A stretch of DNA of 41,240 nucleotides from an uncultured Enterobacteriaceae bacterium (GTDB lineage: Bacteria; Pseudomonadota; Gammaproteobacteria; Burkholderiales; SG8-39), in NCBI GenBank assembly GCA_964582155.1, contig CAZOSA010000003.1, forward strand, positions 1-41,240. Reading direction: 5' to 3'. The translations under genes and the position numbers were made by a program. The notes under the pieces are model-generated. The model had not been told where the DNA came from and searched no databases. It saw nothing but the letters and a program-made list of their open reading frames with translations. Position 1 is the first letter of the stretch. The number at the start of each line of letters is the position of its first letter. This document shows positions 8,416-22,650 of this stretch, one piece after another.

Positions 8416-9671
8416 GACGCCTTTTCTAGCAGGCCGAAGAAAAAGCCGTCGTGCTGCGTGCACGGCAGCAACTGCGCGGGTGCGCCGCCCGGCAGTTCGC
8501 GGCGCCGCGCCTGCGGCGTACGGGCGCAGAAGGCGTCCAGCACCGCGCCATTCTCGTCCGGGAATACCGAGCAAGTGACATACAGCAATTTACCACCCGG
8601 GGCGAGCACCCGCCAAAGCGCGTCCAGGATTGCCGCCTGCCGCCGGGCGAATCCGGGAATGTCGTCCGCGCGCCGCAACCACTTGATATCGGGGTGGCGC
8701 CGCGCCACGCCCGACCCCGTGCAGGGCACGTCGGCGAGCACGCGGTCGAATGCGTGCCCGTCCCACCATGTTTCCACGGCCGTACAGTCTGCGGTACGCA
8801 CGCGTGCCACGAGCCCCAATCTGGCGAGCCCCGGTCCGATGCAGGCCGCGCGCGCCTTGTCGGCATCCAGGGCTGTGAGCTGCACGTCCGCGCACTCGAG
8901 CAGGTGCGCGCTCTTGCCCCCGGGGGCCGCGCAGGCGTCGAGCACGCGCTGGCCGGGCCGCAGATCGAGCAACCCCGCGCAGCGCTGCGCGCCTGCGTCT
9001 TGCACCGAAACCATGCCTTCGGCGAATCCCGGCAGCCTGTCCACCGGCACCGGAGTGTCCAGCAGCAGCGCACAGTCGCCAATGCTGCGCGCCGCGAAGC
9101 CGGCTGCCGCGAGCTCTTGCAGATAGGCTAGCGGTTCCGCCCGGCGCCGGTTGACGCGCAGAAACATTGGCGGATGCGTGTTGCCGGCCTCGAGAACCTC
9201 GGGCCACTGCTCCGGGTAGGCGCGCTTGAGCGCCTCGATCCACCAGTGCGGATGCTGGAAGCGGGCCTCGGGATCCGAGGCAATGCGCCGCTCGACCGTG
9301 TCGCGGTCGCGCAGATAGCCGCGCAGCAGCCCATTGACGTAGCCGCGCGCCGGCCACTGTTCCAGGAGCGCGCAAGCGCTCACCGCCTGATCGACCGCCG
9401 TGTAGCTGGCGTAGCGGCCGGACTCCAGTGCGTAGAGCGCACACCAAAGCAGAGCCTGTACCTGCGGTGCGGCAGTTCCCTTGTGCGACAGGGCCTGCAC
9501 GATAGCCTGCACGCGCCCATAGCGACGCAAGGTTCCGTAGCAAAGATCCAGCAATGCACCGCGCCCGGTGCTGCGCTCGAAGGCGTCGTCGAAGCTGCGG
9601 CCGGCGGCAACGCGCGCCACCGCCCGCGCCGCCTCAGCGAGCGCCGGCGCGAGATCGGCCGAACCCTTCAT
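8412..9671 (-). CDS. rsmB: 16S rRNA m5C967 methyltransferase
   Basis: NusB-like N-terminus, VQDAGAQ, VLDACAAPGGKS, DVPCTGSGVARRHPDIKWLR and LLYVTCS; downstream of fmt. Confidence 0.96.
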   Translation of the reverse strand: MKGSADLAPALAEAARAVARVAAGRSFDDAFERSTGRGALLDLCYGTLRRYGRVQAIVQALSHKGTAAPQVQALLWCALYALESGRYASYTAVDQAVSACALLEQWPARGYVNGLLRGYLRDRDTVERRIASDPEARFQHPHWWIEALKRAYPEQWPEVLEAGNTHPPMFLRVNRRRAEPLAYLQELAAAGFAARSIGDCALLLDTPVPVDRLPGFAEGMVSVQDAGAQRCAGLLDLRPGQRVLDACAAPGGKSAHLLECADVQLTALDADKARAACIGPGLARLGLVARVRTADCTAVETWWDGHAFDRVLADVPCTGSGVARRHPDIKWLRRADDIPGFARRQAAILDALWRVLAPGGKLLYVTCSVFPDENGAVLDAFCARTPQARRRELPGGAPAQLLPCTQHDGFFFGLLEKAS

Positions 9672-10591
9672 TGCAGCCGCTCGCCCGGCACGATCGGAAA
9701 ACCGCGCAGAAACTCATCCGCAGCGAGCCGCTTGCCGCCCGCGCGCTGCAATTCCGTGGCCAGCAGCGCGCCCCAGCCGCAGGCGATCAGCACGCCATCG
9801 CGGTTGGCGGACAGCACCGTGCCCGCATTCCCCGACGCTGCATGCGCGCGCGCGCGCCAGATCTTGAGCGCTTCACCGCGCAATCGCGCCACGGCACCGG
9901 GAGAGGGGCGTAAGGCTCGCACCAGGCGCTCTACCTGCACCGCAGGCGTCTGCCAGTCGATATCGGTGTCGCGCTTCTCGAGCTTGCGCGCGTAGGTGAA
10001 GCCCCACTGCGGCTGCGGCACCGCACGCGCGCGACCGCCCGCCGCCGCGGCCAGGACCTCGACAATCATGCGTGCGCCAAGGACAGCGAGCTTGTCGTGC
10101 AGCGTCTGCGCGTCGTCGTCCGTTTCGATGGCGACGCGTTCTTGCGCCAGCACCGGACCGGTATCAAGCCCCGCATCCATGCGCATGATGGTGATGCCGG
10201 TCTCGCGGTCGCCGGCGAGCAGGGCACGCTGGATTGGTGCCGCGCCGCGCCATCGCGGCAGGAGCGACGCGTGAATGTTCAAGACGCCAAGCGGCGCGGC
10301 ATCCAGCACCGCCTGCGGCAGGATGAGGCCGTAGGCCGCGACGGCCAGGACGTCGGGCCTTGCGGCGCGGATGCGCGCGTGCGTTGCGGCGTCGCGCAGC
10401 GTCTCGGGCTGGAACACTTCAAGCCCGCGCGAGCGCGCGAGCCGCTTGACCGCACTGGGCAGCAACTGCAAACCGCGCCCGGCCGGGCGATCGGGTCGCG
10501 TCAGCACCAGTGGCACCTCGTGGCCCGCAGCAAGCAGCGCAGCCAGCGCGCGCTCGGCGAATTCCGGGGTGCCCGCGAAGACTAGGCGCAG
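9668..10591 (-). CDS. fmt: Methionyl-tRNA formyltransferase (apparent CTG start)
   Basis: The conserved N-terminus (L)RLVFAGTPEFA lies upstream of the ORF-track GTG (10516) and begins at CTG 10591. Contains PDRPAGRG, AYGLILP, NIHASLLPRWRGAAPIQRA and MDAGLDTG. Confidence 0.95.
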   Translation of the reverse strand: MRLVFAGTPEFAERALAALLAAGHEVPLVLTRPDRPAGRGLQLLPSAVKRLARSRGLEVFQPETLRDAATHARIRAARPDVLAVAAYGLILPQAVLDAAPLGVLNIHASLLPRWRGAAPIQRALLAGDRETGITIMRMDAGLDTGPVLAQERVAIETDDDAQTLHDKLAVLGARMIVEVLAAAAGGRARAVPQPQWGFTYARKLEKRDTDIDWQTPAVQVERLVRALRPSPGAVARLRGEALKIWRARAHAASGNAGTVLSANRDGVLIACGWGALLATELQRAGGKRLAADEFLRGFPIVPGERLQ

Positions 10592-10597
10592 GAAAGT

Positions 10598-11101
10598 TTA
10601 GGCAGACTTGCGCAACTGCTTGGCCAGCTTGGCGCGCACGCGCTGCTGCTTGAGCTGCGAGAGATACTCGACAAACACCTTGCCCTGCAGGTGATCCATC
10701 TCGTGCTGGATGCACACCGCGAGCAGGCCCTGTGCTTCAAGCGTGAACGGCTTGCCATTCTGATCGCAGGCCCGCACCTTTACGCGCTCCGCGCGCTCGA
10801 TGATCTCGTAAACGCCGGGCACCGAAAGGCAACCTTCCTCGATGTCCGAGACGCCGGAGGCGTCGACGATCTCGGGATTGACCAGCACCACCAGCGCATC
10901 CTGGCGCTCCGAAACATCGAGCACGATGACTTGCTTGTGCACGTCCACCTGGCTCGCGGCCAGTCCCACCCCAGGGACCGCATACATGGTCTCGGCCAAT
11001 TCGCGCACCAGCTTCTTCAGCGACTCATCGAACACCATCACCGGGGAGGCGGTCTTGTGCAGCCGGGCATCGGGGTACCGCAGGATGTTCAGCAGGGCCA
11101 T
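10598..11101 (-). CDS. def: Peptide deformylase
   Basis: [11 protein letters not shown] start (ATG 11101); motifs [13 protein letters not shown] and QHEMDHLQG. Confidence 0.97.
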   Translation of the reverse strand: MALLNILRYPDARLHKTASPVMVFDESLKKLVRELAETMYAVPGVGLAASQVDVHKQVIVLDVSERQDALVVLVNPEIVDASGVSDIEEGCLSVPGVYEIIERAERVKVRACDQNGKPFTLEAQGLLAVCIQHEMDHLQGKVFVEYLSQLKQQRVRAKLAKQLRKSA

Positions 11102-11246
11102 CTGACGGGTAAATAGCGTTGCAAATTGAATCAATTAGATGCAGAATCTAAGGCAGCAGATAAACTATGTGCCGTTTGTGCTAAATTTGGATGGTCAGGG
11201 GACTTTTCAAGGCAGCCCGGGAACATGGATAGGCTTCGGGGGCACC

Positions 11247-12407
11247 ATGCACGACCAATTGCGTAAGTCTATCACAGCGCTCGTTTTTGTCATGTCCGGC
11301 CTGGCCGCCGGCGCGTCGCTGGCCCAGGTTCCCACGACCCCGATGGCGTTCAAGCAGGACGCTCCAGACCGCTACGTCGTCGTGCGCGGCGACACCCTTT
11401 GGGGTATTTCCGAGCGTTTCACCGATTCGCCGTGGCGCTGGCCCGAAATCTGGAACTTCAACCGCGAGCAGATCAGGAATCCGCACTGGATTTACCCGGG
11501 AGACGTGATCGTTCTCGATCGCGTCAGCGGCACCTTGTCGATTGCCGGCAGGGACGGTGACGCAGGTGCAGCCTCCGGTGCCGACCCCGGCGCGGCGGGT
11601 GCCGGTGCCGCGCGGCCCGGAATCGGCGTGGGAGGCGCCGCCGTAGGCACGGTAAAGCTTTCCCCGCGCGTGCGCGCCGAATCCACCGCGCGTGACGCCA
11701 TCCCGAGCATTCCCGCGAACATCATCGAGCCGTTCCTGTCGCGCCCGCTGGTCATCGAGCCTGATGGCCTGGACAACGCGCCGACGATCATCGCCACGCA
11801 GGATAACCGCGTCATCATCGAGACCGGGAACCAGGCTTACGTGCGCGGCATGGGCGACTCCAAGGAAGAGAACTGGTTCGTGTACCGCCGCGGCAAGCCG
11901 CTCGTCGATCCGGACTCCAATCTCACGCTCGGCTACGAAGCGGTCTATCTGGGTACCGCACGGGTTACTCGCGCCGGCGACCCGGCGATCGTACTGCTCA
12001 CCACGGTCACGCAGGAGGTTGGCGCAGGCGACAAGCTGGTCCCGGTAGGCGTGCCGGAGGTCCCCAAGTACGCGCCGCATGCCCCCGCCGTATTCATGCA
12101 AGGCAGAGTAATTGGCATCTACGGCGGGCTGGGCAAGTTGGGCGAGGCCGGGCCCCAGGCCATCATCACGCTGAATCGCGGCAGGTCGGACGGCGTCGAA
12201 GTGGGCCACGTGTTTGCCCTCTACCGCCCCGGTCCGACCATCGCCGACGCTTCCAGAGTCACGGGCGCGGGGCCGGCGACTTTCAAGCTCCCCGACGAAC
12301 GCTACGGTCTGGCGTTCGTGTTCCGCCTCTACGACAGGGTTTCCTATGCTTTGGTAATGCGCATTTCAAAGCCGGTGAACCCTCTGGATGTCGTCCAGAC
12401 CCCCTGA
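11247..12407 (+). CDS. Exported LysM-domain protein, TsaP-like (type IV pilus secretin-associated)
   Basis: Signal peptide ending ASLA-Q; LysM YVVVRGDTLWGIS followed by PWRWPEIW and IRNPHWIYPGD; conserved position divergent from def and upstream of dprA. Start taken at ATG 11247. Confidence 0.85.
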   Translation: MHDQLRKSITALVFVMSGLAAGASLAQVPTTPMAFKQDAPDRYVVVRGDTLWGISERFTDSPWRWPEIWNFNREQIRNPHWIYPGDVIVLDRVSGTLSIAGRDGDAGAASGADPGAAGAGAARPGIGVGGAAVGTVKLSPRVRAESTARDAIPSIPANIIEPFLSRPLVIEPDGLDNAPTIIATQDNRVIIETGNQAYVRGMGDSKEENWFVYRRGKPLVDPDSNLTLGYEAVYLGTARVTRAGDPAIVLLTTVTQEVGAGDKLVPVGVPEVPKYAPHAPAVFMQGRVIGIYGGLGKLGEAGPQAIITLNRGRSDGVEVGHVFALYRPGPTIADASRVTGAGPATFKLPDERYGLAFVFRLYDRVSYALVMRISKPVNPLDVVQTP

Positions 12408-12452
12408 CCCGACCACCTGCGGGGGACAGTTCCTCCGCGCATTGCCGCCGGA

Positions 12453-13538
12453 ATGACGCACGATCCCGGGCTGGCAAGCTGGTTGCAACTCACGCTCACG
12501 CCCGGGCTCGGTGCCGCCGCAATACGCGGCTTGCTCAAGCAATTCGGCCTCCCCGAGAACATACTTGGCGCCACCCGCTCGCAACTTGAGCGCGCCGCCG
12601 GTCCCGCCGCAGCTGCGCTGCTGCGTCCCGAAGGCGTCGCTCCAGCGGTCAAGCATGCGTTGCGCTGGGCCGAGGAACCTGGACACGGCGTCGTTACGCT
12701 CGCGGATGCGTCGTACCCCAAGCTCTTGCTGGAGATTCCGGATCCGCCCGCGCTGCTTTATGCCGTCGGCCGGCTGGAGTTGCTGGGACGTCCCACGCTC
12801 GCCGTGGTCGGCAGCCGCAACGCGACAGTGCAAGGCGCGCGCAATGCCGAGCGGTTCGCGCAGTCCTTCAGTGCCGCCGGCCTCACCATCGTCTCGGGGC
12901 TAGCGCTCGGGATTGACGCCGCAGCGCATCGGGGAGGTCTGGCGGCAGCGGGCTCCACGATTGCGGTCCTGGGCACCGGTATCGACGTGGTGTATCCGCG
13001 CCAGAACGCCACACTGGCGAAACACATCGCCACATCGGGCCTGCTGCTCTCGGAATTCCCCCTGGGCACGCCGGGGGCCGCTCACCACTTCCCGCGGCGC
13101 AATCGACTGATCAGCGGCCTCGCGCAGGGCTGCCTGGTGGTCGAAGCCGCGCTCGCCTCCGGCTCGCTCATCACGGCACGCGCGGCGGCCGAGCAGGGAC
13201 GCGAGGTCTTCGCGGTCCCGGGTTCTATTCACTCACCGCTGTCCAAGGGATGCCACGCGCTCATCAAGCAGGGCGCGAAGCTGGTCGAGTCGGCGGAGGA
13301 TGTGCTGGCGGAACTGACATCCTTCCGGCGCACCGGCTTCGCCTCTACGCGCGCGGCGCCGGCCACGCCGGAACACGATCCGCTGCTGGCGCACATGGGC
13401 TTCGATCCCGTGGATGTGGATTCCCTGTGCGCGCGCGCCGGGCTACCCGCGGAGCAGGTTTCGGCGGCCTTGCTGCGACTCGAACTGGCGGGTCGCGTCG
13501 CCTCGCTGCCGGGCGGAATGTATCAACGGCTCGACTAA
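12453..13538 (+). CDS. dprA: DNA-processing protein DprA (Smf)
   Basis: AVVGSRNAT, IVSGLALGIDAAAH, FPRRNRLISGL, SGSLITA and GREVFAVPGSIHSP; C-terminal LLRLELAG. Confidence 0.96.
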   Translation: MTHDPGLASWLQLTLTPGLGAAAIRGLLKQFGLPENILGATRSQLERAAGPAAAALLRPEGVAPAVKHALRWAEEPGHGVVTLADASYPKLLLEIPDPPALLYAVGRLELLGRPTLAVVGSRNATVQGARNAERFAQSFSAAGLTIVSGLALGIDAAAHRGGLAAAGSTIAVLGTGIDVVYPRQNATLAKHIATSGLLLSEFPLGTPGAAHHFPRRNRLISGLAQGCLVVEAALASGSLITARAAAEQGREVFAVPGSIHSPLSKGCHALIKQGAKLVESAEDVLAELTSFRRTGFASTRAAPATPEHDPLLAHMGFDPVDVDSLCARAGLPAEQVSAALLRLELAGRVASLPGGMYQRLD

Positions 13539-13561
13539 ACCAAAACCGGGAGAAAAACAAT

Positions 13562-14020
13562 ATGTTCGAAATCCTCGTCTACCTGTTCGAGAACTGCCGC
13601 CAGGCCGACGTTTCGCATGACCCGGAGCGGGTAGCGCGCAAGCTGTCGGCGGCGGGATTCGAGGATTCAGACATCAGTACCGCCCTGCACTGGCTCGCCG
13701 GAGTGGTGCGCGCGCCGCAGCGCTCGCTCGCGCCGCTGCCCGACCGCGGCCGCGCCTTCCGCGCCTTCGCACCCAAGGAGTTGGCCAAGCTCGACGTCGA
13801 ATGTCGCGGATTCCTCCTGTACCTGGAGCACTCCGGGATCCTCACGCCACAGATGCGCGAGCACGTCATCGAGCGGGCGCTGGCAGCCGCAGACGACGCG
13901 CTGGCCCTCGAGCAGCTCAAGTTGATCGTGCTGATGGTGCTGTGGAACCAGCAAGCCCCATCCAGCCTGCTGGTTGCAGAAGAACTTCTGTCCGCGCGCG
14001 GCGTACGGCTGCCGAGTTGA
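13562..14020 (+). CDS. smg: Smg / DUF494 protein
   Basis: MFEILVYLFEN, LSAAGFEDSDISTALHWL, CRGFLLYLE and LKLIVLMVLW; SD GGGAG upstream; follows dprA. Confidence 0.93.
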   Translation: MFEILVYLFENCRQADVSHDPERVARKLSAAGFEDSDISTALHWLAGVVRAPQRSLAPLPDRGRAFRAFAPKELAKLDVECRGFLLYLEHSGILTPQMREHVIERALAAADDALALEQLKLIVLMVLWNQQAPSSLLVAEELLSARGVRLPS

Positions 14021-14110
14021 GCGTTACGCGCGCGCGCTAGCGCACGCCGGCAGCTTCGCGGTTGTAAGGGCGCGATCTTTACGGGTATCCTCTGCGGCCC
14101 TTCGCGCCGC

Positions 14111-20184
<6,074 letters not shown>

Positions 20185-20194
20185 TATTTATCCT

Positions 20195-20375
20195 TAGTAG
20201 TAGTAATAGAGCGGGCCGGAGTCCAGGGATAAGACTGAATCCGCTTCGCGCGCAGCGGGTTGCGCCGCGCGAGCGGCGTGGACAAGCTGTGGGCTGCGTG
20301 TGTGTGAAAGTGCACAGAATCGCGCTGTGAGCGCGGTGAGCGGCTTACGCACATTTTCTACAACGCTAATCCACA
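20195..20375. other. Putative chromosomal replication origin (oriC) with DnaA boxes and DnaA-trios
   Basis: dnaA-dnaN intergenic region. TAGTAGTAGTAATAG at 20195-20209, GC-rich spacer at 20210-20223, and DnaA-box-like 9-mers at 20224-20232 and 20277-20285 (minus), 20345-20353 (TTACGCACA), 20354-20362 (TTTTCTACA) and 20367-20375 (TAATCCACA). Confidence 0.85.
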
Positions 20376-20381
20376 GGCTGT

Positions 20382-21716
20382 TCATCCCTTCATCACCTGC
20401 TCGAGCACCAGGTAGTCGCGGTTGAGCACGGAATCCTTCTTGCGTAGCGTGGCGATGGTGCGGCACGCGTGCAGCACCGTGGTGTGGTCCCGGTTGCCGA
20501 AGGCCTCGCCGATCTCGGGCAGGCTCATCGGCGTGAGGTCCTTGGCGAGCGACATCGCGACCTGGCGCGGCCGCGCCACGTTGCGGCTTCGCTTTTTCGA
20601 ATGCATGTCGGAAATCTTGATCTTGAAATACTCGGCTACAGTCTTTTGAATGGCGTCGACGCTGATTTGCCGGCTGGCGACGTTAAGGATGTCACGCAGC
20701 GCGTCCTTGGCAAGTTCCAGCGAGATCTCGCGCCCGTTGAAGCGCGCAAAGGCGAGCACCTTCTTCAACGCGCCCTCCAGCTCGCGCACATTCGAGCGGA
20801 TGTTCTTGGCGATGAAGAATGCGATCTCCTCCGAGATCTCCTCCACCTCCGCTTCCGCCTTCTTCAGTACGATCGCCACACGCATCTCGAGCTCCGGGGG
20901 CTCGATGGCCACGGTCAGGCCCCAGCCGAAGCGCGAGATCAGCCGTTCTTCCATGCCCGCGATCTCCTTCGGATAGGTGTCGCAGGAGATGACGATCTGC
21001 TTGTGAGCTTCGACCAACGCGTTGAAGGCGTAGAAGAATTCCTCCTGGGTGCGGCCCTTGTTGGAGAAGAACTGGATGTCGTCGATCAGCAGCAGATCCA
21101 GCGAGTGGTAGTAGCGCTTGAATTCGTCGAAGGATTTCTGCTGGTAGGCCCGAACCACGTCCGTCACATACTGCTCGGCGTGCGTGTAGCGCAGCCGCGC
21201 CTGCGGCCGCTGCTCGGCGAGATGGTTGCCGATGGCCTGCAGCAGGTGGGTCTTGCCCAGGCCCACACCGCCGTAAATGAACAGCGGGTTGTAGGAAATG
21301 CCTGGGTTTTCGGCAACCTGGATTGCCGCCGCGCGCGCCAGTTGATTGGCCTTGCCGGTGACGAAGCTGTCAAAAGTGAACAGGCGGTTGAGTCGCGCGC
21401 GCTCCAGGGCCGGGGGGGGTGCTTCGCCATTGGCGCGCGCGGCCGAGGCACGCGGCGTCGCGGGCTCGCTGCCACGCGCCAGCACCAGGCGTAATCCGAA
21501 CTCGCGGCCGCCGGCCTCGGTGGCGAGCTTCTCAATACGCGCGGCAAAGCGCTCGCGCACCAGTTCCAGCACGAAGCGGTTGGGTGCGGCCAGTACCAGC
21601 GTATCGGGCTCCGCGGCGCCGGCGTCGGTAGCGAGCGGGCGGATCCAGGTGTTGAACTGCTGCGCGGGAAGCTCCTGCTCCAGACGACGCAGGCAGGCGT
21701 CCCAGAGGCTTTGCAT
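20382..21716 (-). CDS. dnaA: Chromosomal replication initiator DnaA
   Basis: [52 protein letters not shown] and [12 protein letters not shown]. Confidence 0.99.
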   Translation of the reverse strand: MQSLWDACLRRLEQELPAQQFNTWIRPLATDAGAAEPDTLVLAAPNRFVLELVRERFAARIEKLATEAGGREFGLRLVLARGSEPATPRASAARANGEAPPPALERARLNRLFTFDSFVTGKANQLARAAAIQVAENPGISYNPLFIYGGVGLGKTHLLQAIGNHLAEQRPQARLRYTHAEQYVTDVVRAYQQKSFDEFKRYYHSLDLLLIDDIQFFSNKGRTQEEFFYAFNALVEAHKQIVISCDTYPKEIAGMEERLISRFGWGLTVAIEPPELEMRVAIVLKKAEAEVEEISEEIAFFIAKNIRSNVRELEGALKKVLAFARFNGREISLELAKDALRDILNVASRQISVDAIQKTVAEYFKIKISDMHSKKRSRNVARPRQVAMSLAKDLTPMSLPEIGEAFGNRDHTTVLHACRTIATLRKKDSVLNRDYLVLEQVMKG

Positions 21717-21791
21717 GTTTTTGGCGGTCTCGAGCAGCGCGTTGTTAGGGGTAGCACCGGGGGCCGCGCTTGGCGCGCCGGTGAGGAAGAA

Positions 21792-21822
21792 ATTTTACTC
21801 CTTCCGTGCAGCGTTATCCACA
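21792..21822 (-). promoter_or_regulatory. Putative dnaA promoter overlapped by a perfect DnaA box
   Basis: TTATCCACA at 21814-21822. Minus-strand -35 TGGATA (21820-21815), 17-bp spacer, -10 TAAAAT (21797-21792). Confidence 0.75.
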
Positions 21823-21847
21823 GACTTCGCGGCTACGTCGTGCCTAT

Positions 21848-21877
21848 TTGACAATGCAGCGCAGCGCAGGCTCTAAT
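21848..21877 (+). promoter_or_regulatory. Putative sigma70 promoter of the rpmH-rnpA-yidD-yidC-mnmE operon
   Basis: TTGACA at 21848-21853, 18-bp spacer, TCTAAT at 21872-21877. Confidence 0.65.
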
Positions 21878-21906
21878 TACCGCCCTTTTTCGCCGCGAGC
21901 ATGCCG

Positions 21907-22041
21907 ATGAAGCGCACTTACCAACCGTCCAAGACGCGCCGCGCGCGGCGTCACGGGTTTCTCGTCCGCAGCCGCAGCGCCGCGGGTCGCGCGGTGCTGC
22001 GCGCGCGGCGTGCGCGCGGCCGCAAGCGGCTCGCGGTCTAG
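21907..22041 (+). CDS. rpmH: 50S ribosomal protein L34
   Basis: Hand-translated, below the ORF-track cutoff: [44 protein letters not shown]. Divergent from dnaA. Confidence 0.98.
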   Translation: MKRTYQPSKTRRARRHGFLVRSRSAAGRAVLRARRARGRKRLAV

Positions 22042-22054
22042 TCCAAAGCGGGGC

Positions 22055-22411
22055 GTGCGGGGTCGCAGCAAGCTGGCGCGCAACGGCTTTGGCGCGGATC
22101 GCAGGATCTCGGGGCACTCCGGTTTCGTGGAATTGCTGCGCAGCGGAACGCGGCGCAGCCTCTCGGGATTCACCTTTTACACGGCGCGCCGTGCCGAGGG
22201 ACCGCCGCGGCTGGGCGTCATGGTGACACGCAAGCACGCGGCGCTCGCAACCGAGCGCAATCGCCTCAAGCGCTGCATACGCGAGGCCTTCCGGCTGGAG
22301 CAGGCCGGACTCGGCCCGGTTGACGTGCTAGTGCGCCCACCGTACGGGGCGCGCGCCTCGGCGGCCATGCTGATGCGGTTGAGGGCACTGTTCACGAGAC
22401 TCGATCAATGA
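22055..22411 (+). CDS. rnpA: Ribonuclease P protein component
   Basis: [10 protein letters not shown] and RNR motif [16 protein letters not shown]; lies between rpmH and yidD. Start uncertain; in-frame GTG 22055 used. Confidence 0.9.
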   Translation: MRGRSKLARNGFGADRRISGHSGFVELLRSGTRRSLSGFTFYTARRAEGPPRLGVMVTRKHAALATERNRLKRCIREAFRLEQAGLGPVDVLVRPPYGARASAAMLMRLRALFTRLDQ

Positions 22412-22632
22412 CCGGCTTGTTGCGACTGCTGTTGCGCGGTTACCGATTCTTCCTGCGCCCACTTTTCGGCCCCGCGTGCCGCTTCCATCCGAGCTGCTCC
22501 GCATATGCGGACGAGGCACTGGAGCGCCACGGCCTGTTCGGCGGCGGCTGGCTGGCTGCCCGGCGCCTGTGTCGTTGCGGTCCGTGGCATCCCGGCGGCT
22601 ACGATCCGGTGCCCGGGCGCAAGGGCTCCTGA
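22408..22632 (+). CDS. yidD: Membrane protein insertion efficiency factor
   Basis: [11 protein letters not shown] and [17 protein letters not shown]. Confidence 0.95.
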   Translation: MTGLLRLLLRGYRFFLRPLFGPACRFHPSCSAYADEALERHGLFGGGWLAARRLCRCGPWHPGGYDPVPGRKGS

Positions 22633-22650
22633 AGCGCGACGCGGGAAAAC

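Noticed and set aside
20194-20466. 90-aa minus-strand ORF ending YYYY
   Set aside because: It overlaps dnaA and oriC; the Tyr run is the DnaA-trio repeat read as codons.
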